Below are positions 1 through 8,100 of a stretch of DNA of 10,980 bases, one piece after another. The translations under genes were made by a program, and so were the position numbers. The notes beneath the pieces are model-generated. The model made no database searches, was not told the DNA's origin, and saw nothing but the letters and a program-made list of their open reading frames with translations. Positions within the stretch are counted from its first letter, which is position 1. Each line of letters starts with the position of its first letter. Source of the DNA: Leptospirales bacterium (lineage in GTDB: Bacteria; Spirochaetota; Leptospiria; Turneriellales; JAOUFE01); contig JBEQLE010000104.1 in the NCBI GenBank assembly GCA_040326155.1, forward strand, positions 1-10,980. Direction: 5' to 3'.

Positions 1-282
1 CAGACGCACAGCCGCCCCCTTCACCCCGCCACCCCCTGCCAGGGCAAGGTTGTAAATGTCCAGGATAGTGCCGCGCGTCATGTCCCGCGCCATGAAAGGA
101 GCGTGGACCAAATCCCAGAAGGTACCCTGATCACTACGGATCTGGTTATATATGGACCCTGCATCCCCCTGGGTCTGCTCATTGGCCGGCTCGGAAAGGG
201 AAAGGAAACTCTGGATCTCGTCCACCCCTACGACTCCCTCATCACTCTCAAAAAGAGCTCCCTGTAAAACGGTGACAAGCTG
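1..282 (-). pseudogene. 3' portion of a probable sigma54-dependent (NtrC/Fis-like) transcriptional activator, 5'-truncated and running off the window edge
   Basis: Hand translation of the open frame from 282 to 1: QLVTVLQGALFESDEGVVGVDEIQSFLSLSEPANEQTQGDAGSIYNQIRSDQGTFWDLVHAPFMARDMTRGTILDIYNLALAGGGGVKGAAVRL. The start resembles the helix that follows WPGNVR in bEBP AAA+ domains. FWDLVHAPFMARDMTR...ALAGGGGVKGAAVRL resembles a Fis-like HTH tail. There is an in-frame stop at 306-304 and no start codon between it and the apparent coding sequence. GC is 58% (162/280 counted). Confidence 0.55.
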
Positions 283-582
283 AAAAGAGAAATTATTCCA
301 AATTTAGTTGAGACAACAACAAGAATTGGTAGCAGAATAGGGAAAAGTAGAAGGTGTGAAAGGTTGTTCGGTTTTATATACCGCGTTTCCTGAATTAAAC
401 ATTTATATGGTTCCTTTTGTTATTATGTGATATCTTATTAAATTACAAAGCTATTGTCTATAAAAAAGAAGGATTTGGAAAAAAAATAAAAAAAAACCGT
501 CTACGGGCCTTTTGTGGCTCTTTTCCAGGGTAAAAATCGCGAACGTACTTGACGAACGAAGAAAAGAAGCCCTTTATGACAT

Positions 583-1143
583 ATGAATGGGAATCTGATT
601 GGAAATACTGTCCGCACTATATTATTTTTTATTTTATTATCAACAGCTGCAAATGCAGAGTATGTCGAACGGCCGTATTCGTCTGACGTCAAAGGAAAAA
701 CCCGGTTAGGAATTGTGTATTTCGCCAACGGTTCCTACGAGATTTCTGGAGCAGAACAGACGAGGGTGAAAAAAATTGCCCATATGCTGGAAATTTATCA
801 CAATTACGACAATTCCAGGCGCATTAAAATAGTCGGTTACGCTGACAACGAGGGCGGGTCCGACTTTAACCTTCACCTGGGTCTTGCCAGAGCAGAACAG
901 CTTGCCCGAGCTTTAGACGATTATGGTATTGTCATGAAAAATGCCGTCATCGCCTCTTATGGCGAATCGAAAGATGGTTTCTCTGAAAAAAATTACCGTA
1001 GAGCGGAAGTCTGGTTAGAGCCCGACTCCTGGGGAATCTATGGCAGCAACACCGGTTTATCTATATTTTTTGGGATAGCGATTACTCTGCTGATCGGATT
1101 TTTCGTTTATTGGAAAGTTCAAACCGAAGAGAGTTCTCCCTAA
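583..1143 (+). CDS. OmpA/MotB C-terminal-like peptidoglycan-binding domain protein with signal peptide and C-terminal transmembrane helix
   Basis: Signal-like segment ILFFILLSTAANA|EY; OmpA_C motifs VYFANGS, IVGYAD..G...FNLHLGLARA, YGES, YRRAEV; hydrophobic tail GLSIFFGIAITLLIGFFVYWK. Confidence 0.85.
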   Translation: MNGNLIGNTVRTILFFILLSTAANAEYVERPYSSDVKGKTRLGIVYFANGSYEISGAEQTRVKKIAHMLEIYHNYDNSRRIKIVGYADNEGGSDFNLHLGLARAEQLARALDDYGIVMKNAVIASYGESKDGFSEKNYRRAEVWLEPDSWGIYGSNTGLSIFFGIAITLLIGFFVYWKVQTEESSP

Positions 1144-1145
1144 GT

Positions 1146-1297
1146 TCCAGAATTGTATGGGTGTAAAACCCATTGAAGTTATAGGGAAGAAAATAAGAAA
1201 AGTCAGGGCTGAAACTACCGATCATTAAAGCGGATAAAATAAATGGTTTTTTATTGAAGGGAATAATGGCGGCGGCGTGACTAATAGTGAAGGGCAT
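1146..1297 (-). pseudogene. Truncated DUF4184-like membrane protein (N-terminal ~50 aa only)
   Basis: MPFTISHAAAIIPF...LSALMIGSFSPDFSYFLP...FYTHTIL matches the MPFTxSHxAA...SALxIGSxxPDxxYF...HT pattern I recall for this family. The frame then runs into the antisense strand of the OmpA gene and stops at 1082. Its start is 12 nt downstream of the beta-helix gene stop. The left boundary is approximate. Confidence 0.8.
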
Positions 1298-1309
1298 ATT
1301 TTATGGGTT

Positions 1310-1945
1310 TTATTTAAAATTGTTATTTCGCATAACAACATATTTTTCCAATTGTTCTTTAGTGAGGTCGGTGTCTATTGCTTTCGGGTTATTTACAATG
1401 TGGTTGTTCTCAATAATAATTCCATCAATAATGCCGCGCAATGCAACACCCGCAACAGTGTTATGATGCAGATAAGAACCCACGATTCTAACATTAGACG
1501 AATAGCCAATATCTACCCCGAGGGTGCCTGAACCGTTAAGTTCTGAATTAATGATTTCTATATCATGAGAATAAAAGACGGCAATAACTCCGCCACTGCA
1601 TTTGCCACCGGGTTGGCGCGGTATGGCATGTCGGGCTTTTATATTTTTTACGCTGATATTGTCTGATTCATAAATAAAGAAAACAACATCATGCATATCG
1701 TTTAAAATAAATTCTGTGCCATCTTCGCCGACTATTTTTAAATTTTTTTTATTCCGTATACTGATTGAGGTTTTTGTAATATATTTACCAGCGGTAAAGT
1801 GTATAGTATCGCCGGCTTCCGCTTTTTTTATAATGGAGTTTATTTGCTCCGTCTGGTCAGGATTAATAGAAATTATTTTTCCGGAAGGGGCAAGAGTCAT
1901 TAAGAACGGTAAAAAAGCAAAAGTTGCATATATTGTTATTTTCAT
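1310..1945 (-). CDS. Secreted right-handed parallel beta-helix (pectin-lyase-like) repeat protein
   Basis: N-terminal hydrophobic signal, then INSIIKKAEAGDTIHFTAGKY cap, KNLKIVGE, and repeated rungs (SDNISVKNI, SHDIEIINS, SSNVRIVGS, GIIIENNHI). A GAAAGG SD-like sequence lies upstream of the ATG. Confidence 0.85.
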   Translation of the reverse strand: MKITIYATFAFLPFLMTLAPSGKIISINPDQTEQINSIIKKAEAGDTIHFTAGKYITKTSISIRNKKNLKIVGEDGTEFILNDMHDVVFFIYESDNISVKNIKARHAIPRQPGGKCSGGVIAVFYSHDIEIINSELNGSGTLGVDIGYSSNVRIVGSYLHHNTVAGVALRGIIDGIIIENNHIVNNPKAIDTDLTKEQLEKYVVMRNNNFK

Positions 1946-1979
1946 TTATTAACCTTTCATTTTAGATGATTTAATACTT

Positions 1980-4409
1980 TTAATATTCATATGTTTTCGC
2001 ATAATATTCCAGTAATTTTCGTATTTTTGCATCTTGAATATATTTTAGTTTTTGTACGCCCCACCATGTAATAGTCCTGGGGTTTGCCCCTTTCTCAAGT
2101 AAGTATTTCAGTAAGGTAAAATTACCTCTGCCAATGGCCGTACCCACACCGTTATTTTCAATAAAGTAATTATAGTAATATTTATCATCTAAAACAAAGG
2201 ACACTGCGCCGGGGTGGTAACCTTTTTCGATTAAATATTTCGCTTCTTCTTCATACCCCTTTTGAAACAGAGCGGCGACAATGCTTCTGTTAATATCAAG
2301 GTTCATAGTGCCAATTAACGACTTCATAATTTCCGGAGCCGCTTCATGAGTTCTGGCAAACCCTAAAATTTTCCAGTGAACTGAATATTTTTCCAGGTAC
2401 TGTTTTAGCCCTTCGGTATTGTTTGTTTGTATGAATTCAAATATTTTCAGATCTTTCGGGTCGGCCCCCGCCGCCAGAAGTTTATTTACAATAACCGTTT
2501 GCCGGTTTAGATATGCTCTCATAAGAGCGGTTAGTCCGAAGTTGTCTCTCTGGTTCGGGTCTGAACCTTTGGCTATCATGGTGTCTACTGTAAAAGTAAA
2601 ACCGTATTCGGCAGCCAGCATAAGTAGACTGACCCCGTTTTTATATTTTAAATTTGGTTTTATTTTTATATAAGAATTTTCGAATACTTCATAGAAAACT
2701 TTTATAAACTTAAGGCTACTGTATGGAGACCTGATCTCCCTCTCCTTTTTTTCTTTAATACATATATGAAAAACGCTCTCGCCGTTTTTGTTTAGAATAC
2801 TGGCATCGGCTCCATACTCCAACAATGCTTTTACCATTTCCGGACCATGATCCCAGGTGACATAAGTGGTAGCATGCATTAATGGTGTATAACCTCTATC
2901 ATCTTGCCCGTTTATATTATAACCAAGATCGAGAAGTTTTTTCAGCTTCTTTTTAGAACCATACCGGGCTAATGAATAGAACAGACTGGAACCATAAGGA
3001 CCTTTTTCCTTAAAATAGGGCTTTAAAACATGGTAATCTTCGGGAGAGCAAAATTCTACAACAGAACCGAAAACATACTTCATGTTGTTTTGATTGCCAT
3101 CACCATTAGTATTTTTCATGAGTTGCTGTAATAGTTTTATACGCTTATTAGAATCGGTTATGGAACAAATATAAGTGGCGTACATTATATTTTGTGGTTC
3201 TGGCGGCACTTTAATCTCACTGTAAAAGAGATCTTTTATATTGTAATTACTTTTATTCATCAAAAGAGAAAATTTTTCTATATCTATTTTTCCCATGTTT
3301 TTCTTTACATAGGTATAATCTTTTTTCCAAAGAGCCTCGACTATATGTAAATATTCATCATCCAGGGTTATTTTTGCACCAGCCTTCAAAAATTTTTCAC
3401 TCAGGTTATGCTCTTTTCTCATTGTAACCGAAAGATCGTATGCGGTGAATCCATCTTTATCACGATGATTCAGATTATTTGCATTGTCTATTACATATAA
3501 CGCCATTTTATAGACCGAGTCAGAAAACCTGCGGTTAATAACATCGATCATTTTATGTAAAAGGGAGTCACCGTCGGGATAAACCTGGTTAATATTGCCG
3601 CCATATTTTAACAGCAACAGAAAAATTCGATAGTGTTTATCTGTTTTTTCTTCGTCAGATAATTTAGACGAGGAATGAGCATACGCAGAGTGGATTGAAA
3701 AAGAGATGGTGTCTCTACCGTTTTTATTTATATATGCTGGGTCTGTTCCGTTTTCAAGCAGTATTTTTATTATTTCTTCATTATTGATACTAACCGCAAG
3801 CATAAGTGCGGTACTACCACTTTTATTTTTTGCTTTAACATTCGCTTTTTTACTTATAAGGTATTTGGTGAGTATTGGATTATTTTTTACTGCGGCCATA
3901 AGAGGGGTAAACCCGGTTTTAGAGGCCTGGTTAATCTTTGCTCCGAACTCGAGCAGATATTTTACAACTTCGAAATTACCCTGGTCACTTGCTACAATAA
4001 GTGGGGTATAACCTTTCTTGCTCGCCTTGTTTACATCGGCTCCGTGTTTTATAAGATACCGAACTGTTTTTATACTACCAGCATAAGAAGCAATCAATAG
4101 AGCTGTTTCGTCCCTTTCATCGACCGCATTTACATCTGCACCGTTTTCGGTTAAATACCGTATAACATCGAATCCACCATAAACAACAGCTTTCATTAAA
4201 GGGGTCTCACCCTCAAATGCCGGGGTATCATCTCGTGTGTTTATATTTGCACCGTTTTTCAAACTATCTTGTATACCTGGCAGATAACCGTTCACAGAGT
4301 AATATAATAAATTTTTATTGGCTTCAGATAAGGGTTTGGAATATAGATTCAAAGTGAAAACTAAATGGATGAAGAGTGTAGTAATGAAAAAAATTCTTTT
4401 GGATGGCAT
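1980..4409 (-). CDS. Secreted ankyrin-repeat protein (about 14-15 canonical and degenerate repeats in several clusters)
   Basis: Repeated TPL/TAL...A...G...L..LL..GAD/N.N units (ETPLMKA, ETALLIA, YTPLIVA, FTPLMAA, STALMLA, YTPLMHA, VSLLMLA, LTALMRA). Signal-like N-terminus MPSKRIFFITTLFIHLVFTLNLYS. Confidence 0.95.
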   Translation of the reverse strand: MPSKRIFFITTLFIHLVFTLNLYSKPLSEANKNLLYYSVNGYLPGIQDSLKNGANINTRDDTPAFEGETPLMKAVVYGGFDVIRYLTENGADVNAVDERDETALLIASYAGSIKTVRYLIKHGADVNKASKKGYTPLIVASDQGNFEVVKYLLEFGAKINQASKTGFTPLMAAVKNNPILTKYLISKKANVKAKNKSGSTALMLAVSINNEEIIKILLENGTDPAYINKNGRDTISFSIHSAYAHSSSKLSDEEKTDKHYRIFLLLLKYGGNINQVYPDGDSLLHKMIDVINRRFSDSVYKMALYVIDNANNLNHRDKDGFTAYDLSVTMRKEHNLSEKFLKAGAKITLDDEYLHIVEALWKKDYTYVKKNMGKIDIEKFSLLMNKSNYNIKDLFYSEIKVPPEPQNIMYATYICSITDSNKRIKLLQQLMKNTNGDGNQNNMKYVFGSVVEFCSPEDYHVLKPYFKEKGPYGSSLFYSLARYGSKKKLKKLLDLGYNINGQDDRGYTPLMHATTYVTWDHGPEMVKALLEYGADASILNKNGESVFHICIKEKKEREIRSPYSSLKFIKVFYEVFENSYIKIKPNLKYKNGVSLLMLAAEYGFTFTVDTMIAKGSDPNQRDNFGLTALMRAYLNRQTVIVNKLLAAGADPKDLKIFEFIQTNNTEGLKQYLEKYSVHWKILGFARTHEAAPEIMKSLIGTMNLDINRSIVAALFQKGYEEEAKYLIEKGYHPGAVSFVLDDKYYYNYFIENNGVGTAIGRGNFTLLKYLLEKGANPRTITWWGVQKLKYIQDAKIRKLLEYYAKTYEY

Positions 4410-4452
4410 ACTTTTAATATCGGTTTAAATCGGTATTTACTGAAAGTGGGGG

Positions 4453-4557
4453 TTGTAGGTTAATACGTCGGGGTTAGCGGCGGCTCTTTTCTGATCGGTC
4501 GCAGAATTGCGATTGGTCAGAAAAAGCCAGAGTGAAGGGGTAGGCTTACCCCTACAA
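4453..4557. repeat. GC-rich multi-hairpin intergenic element (REP/REPIN-like or structured RNA)
   Basis: 21-bp stem at 4482-4528 (1 bulge, 3 G-U pairs on the + strand, GAAT loop); perfect 7-bp stem AGGGGTA/TACCCCT at 4536-4553; outer inverted repeat TTGTAGG (4453-4459) / CCTACAA (4551-4557). Confidence 0.6.
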
Positions 4558-4609
4558 AATTTTGCTATTCATTTTTATGAACAGGGTTTTCCTTTTAACC
4601 GATTTTTAA

Positions 4610-4897
4610 TTTGAAAGAAAATACCCGGATGTTTATGGCGATTTGAGAGATTATTCAGAAAAACATAAGAAAGTTAAACGTTTTCTGGACAATAAAATCA
4701 GAGAATATAAACACAGTAAAAACTTTAGTCACATTTTATTTCCCCACCTGATAGACAAACTACCGGGAAAGTATTCCCTGGCTATATACGATGCTGATAA
4801 AGAAGACGACGTAACTCATATTACAACGTTTAATTTTATAATTATAAACGAAAAACCAGTCTGCCCTCAAATCTGGTTAAGCCATAAAAAGTTATAG
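4610..4897 (+). pseudogene. Hypothetical protein, probably a 5'-truncated fragment (ORF track starts it at TTG 4643)
   Basis: The frame is open from 4610 (FERKYPDVYGDLRDYSEK...) right after a TAA at 4607-4609. The only start is a TTG with no clear SD. No recognisable domain. Confidence 0.4.
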
Positions 4898-4957
4898 CAA
4901 TGCTAACAAAACATATTTGCGATTAAACATGAGGGAAGAATAAAAATTTAAAATATT

Positions 4958-4990
4958 GGTGTCGGAAATTTACATAATATTTCCTACACC
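4958..4990. terminator. Inverted repeat between convergent gene ends, possible bidirectional terminator
   Basis: GGTGTCGGAAAT...ATTTCCTACACC (11/12 paired), immediately after the TAG at 4993-4991 of the minus-strand PP2C-like fragment. No strong U-tract. Confidence 0.45.
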
Positions 4991-5152
4991 CTAGTCAATG
5001 GCAATGATACTGAATGTGATATCATCTTCGAGTTGCTCAGCATTCGCCGAATAACCTTCAATAAATTTTGTTAAGTATGCACCGAGCTCATCACAATCCA
5101 GATGTACGTTTTCTTTTAACAATGAATATAGACCAGTAGCAGAAGAAAACAA
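4991..5152 (-). pseudogene. C-terminal remnant of a SpoIIE/RsbU-type PP2C phosphatase domain
   Basis: Hand translation: LFSSATGLYSLLKENVHLDCDELGAYLTKFIEGYSANAEQLEDDITFSIIAID*. Two helices followed by the terminal DDIT+hydrophobic strand typical of SpoIIE domains. The upstream catalytic motifs (DVSGHG, TDG) are absent. Below the ORF-track length cutoff. Confidence 0.7.
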
Positions 5153-5159
5153 ATTGAAA

Positions 5160-8100
5160 CTATTTTATATCTTCAAAAGTTTTTACCTGATTTCGGCCCG
5201 CGTGTTTGGCCAGATAAAGAGCTTTATCAGCCATTTCTATCAATATTGCCGGAGAATTTTTTGCAGTGGCTCTGATTGTTCCCACACCCGCACTAACTGT
5301 TATTACATCGGAAATTTCAGAATAGACATGATTTAGACTGAGACTTTCAATATACAGCTGAATCTCTTCGGCTATCATCAAAGCTGATTCTTTAGTAGTG
5401 GTTGGCAAGATTACTACAAATTCTTCTCCACCATATCTGGCGGCTATATCTGTTGGTCGTTTTAACTTAGCAAGTATTGCAGTTGCAACTTTTTTTATAC
5501 AATCATCACCCTTTTGATGCCCGAACCCGTCATTGTATTTTTTAAAATAATCGATATCTATCATGATCAATGATAACGGGCTGTTCTCGCGAATGGCATT
5601 TTTCCATTCTACTTTCATAAAGTCATCAAATTGTCTCCTGTTCACCAGACCGGTAAGTCCATCTATTGCTGCAAGGCGTTCGAGTATTCGGTTTGCATCG
5701 ACATTTTTTTGAAGTGCAATTTGTAACTTTCCTTTCTCTTCTTCAATTATTGTTGTTCTTTCAAAAACTTTTTTTTCTAACGTTTCATACTGCTTTGCAT
5801 TATCGAGGGATATTGCAACTTGCGCTGAAATCATATCCAATAATTCCATTCGATGTTCTGTAAATACACCTGTACTGAGATTATTTTCCAGATACATAAG
5901 TCCTACTGTCTTCCCCTGCCGCCGAACTGGCATACACAATATGGACTTTATGTTATTACTTAAAATATAAGGATCCTTTCCAAATCGTGAATCGCCTATA
6001 GCATTCATTAACAAAACCGGTTCCATTGTTCGTGCCACATATTTCACTACCTGAATTGGAACATTTAAACTTTTTTCGATAGGCACACCCTGAAATGTTA
6101 AAAAATTTTCATCATTGAAAGAACCTTCTGCTTGTTGAATCAGTTGATCTTGCTCATTTGTTATAAATACCCCTTTTTCAGCTCCAGCATTTTCAATGGC
6201 CAATAATATTAATTTCGAAGTTAAACGGTGTAAATCAATTTCGCTGGAAATATTCTGTGAAACCTTTAACACTGTTTTTAAATCAATATTTTGCGTAGAA
6301 TGCATTGTCGACATCTCGTGGCTGTCTGAGAACTCGGTTGAATCAAAAGAGCGCCGTGATAGATTATTGGGAAATTCGTTTTCTAGTTCGCTTACTTTTG
6401 ATAGTGCACCCCAATTATAGTATAGATTGCAACTTTCCTTAAGGTATGCGACGGCTAGAAAATTTTTATCAAGGCTGAAATAAAGGTCAGCTAATAGTTC
6501 ATTTGCAATAGCCTGTTCTAAGGTAAATTTATATGTAGATGCTGATGATATTGCCTTTTCATAAAATTTGATCGCATCTGTTCTTTTCTGCAATTGGGCA
6601 ATTTCAGCCTCAACGATTAAATACTTATGTTCATAATTCATAGGGGCATTCTTGGCCCAGGTTTTCATTTTTTTCTGGTTTGATATTGCGATACCTATAT
6701 ATTTTTTACGGTTTGACCCTGAAGATTGTTTTGCTAGAGCCGTAGCAATAAGCGAATAAAAAAAGTTATGTTCTGGTATCACTGGCATGCCAAATACACC
6801 AGTGGCATGAGGAACTGCTTTTTCTATATGCCCAAGAGCTTTTGCATTATCTCTTTTTAAAAAATATAAGATAGCCTTCATTAAATGAAAGATAAATAAA
6901 TCAGTATCATTATTGATTTTTTGCCATATTTTTACACTGACATCTTCGTCAAAATAATCGCCTTTTATTTTTTTTGAAATTTTATTATTTTCAGACAACG
7001 TTATAATAAATTGCATCCATAGATTATAAAACACTTGAGCATCTTCTTGGTTTATTCTTTCATGAACCCCCCTGTGCTTCGTCATTTCGTCCAATGTCTC
7101 GGGAATATTTTTACGAGTGAAGTAATTATACGCGTTTAACCAATTTAACGAGTACCCTGTAAAAAGAAGATCACCGGTTTCTAGTCCTTTTGTGTAAGCC
7201 TTTTCTAGAATTTCCTGTCCTTCGCTAAAAGAATGTTTCCAGTGGTGAATCAGATTGCCGACGCAGAATAACACCTTGCAATCGACCGGTCCAGAGGGTA
7301 TAGCGGATAATGTTTGCACGGCAAGTTTTGCAAGCTTATCGGACTTTTCGTGTTTACCCATACCGGAACCTAAAATCGCCCCAAAAAAAGCGAAAGCATA
7401 TGCCGACTGATTTGATAACCCATATTTGAGTGTTAAATGAACCATCTTTAAAACAAGAACCGGGAATAATTTAGGAGAAGAGATAAATGATGGTGTCACT
7501 AGTTGTATCATTACATTCATAGCAGCCAGTTTTTCCTTATCTTTCATACGAGGTAATTCAATTAAACGCCCGATGTTACCACCCATTTTAACGTTAGCAG
7601 TAATAATATCCAGAAGTGGCGAAAGTTCTGTTGGTTTTTTGGGTAATCTCACGCCAAGCTCAAGCAACGCCGAATACCCACTGGCGATGGCCTCGTTAAA
7701 TTTACTTTGCCGTGTCAAACTAGCGATTATAATTTCGAAAGCTTTGCCTTTATCGATTATCGAATGCGCTTGTTTCAAAATATCCTTACATAATTTTCCT
7801 GCATTTAAAAAATTAACATTAATATATTCGCATTCTGCCATTTCGGTGTAAAGCTGTAGTGTAAGAAAATATTCCTTTTTCCAGGAGTTTTTTGGTAATA
7901 ATTTATGAGCAACATTTAGGTATTCTAAAGCCGACCCAAAGGCAGCGCTTTGACGTGCCTTTTTCGCTGCTAACACATTAAGTATGATGATCACAAAAGT
8001 ATTTTTCTTGCCTTTAATCTCATCATAGCCTTTATTAAAATGATTCACAATAGAAAATATACTTGCATCCATCCAGTCCAACAATGCCTGCATACTGCTT

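Noticed and set aside
304..402. 32-aa minus-strand ORF MFNSGNAVYKTEQPFTPSTFPYSATNSCCCLN with AAGGAA upstream
   Set aside because: Too short, no recognisable family and no adjacent modification enzymes. It cannot be distinguished from chance, and an overlapping frame gives an equally plausible hydrophobic fragment.
549..580. TTGACG as a sigma70 -35 element for the OmpA gene
   Set aside because: No acceptable -10 hexamer at 16-18 nt spacing.
4470..4555. Group II intron 3' end (ends in CCCCTAC)
   Set aside because: No domain V consensus and no RT ORF or other intron domains nearby.
4967..4994. dif-like half site AATTTACATAA (and CTAGGAAGT at 10702-10710)
   Set aside because: No partner arm at 6-nt spacing in either case.
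4895..5080. Integron attC-like cores (GCTAAC after the stop at 4897, GTTAAGT at 5070)
   Set aside because: The arms are not complementary, the spacing is too long, the second core lies inside the PP2C-like fragment, and no integrase is present.
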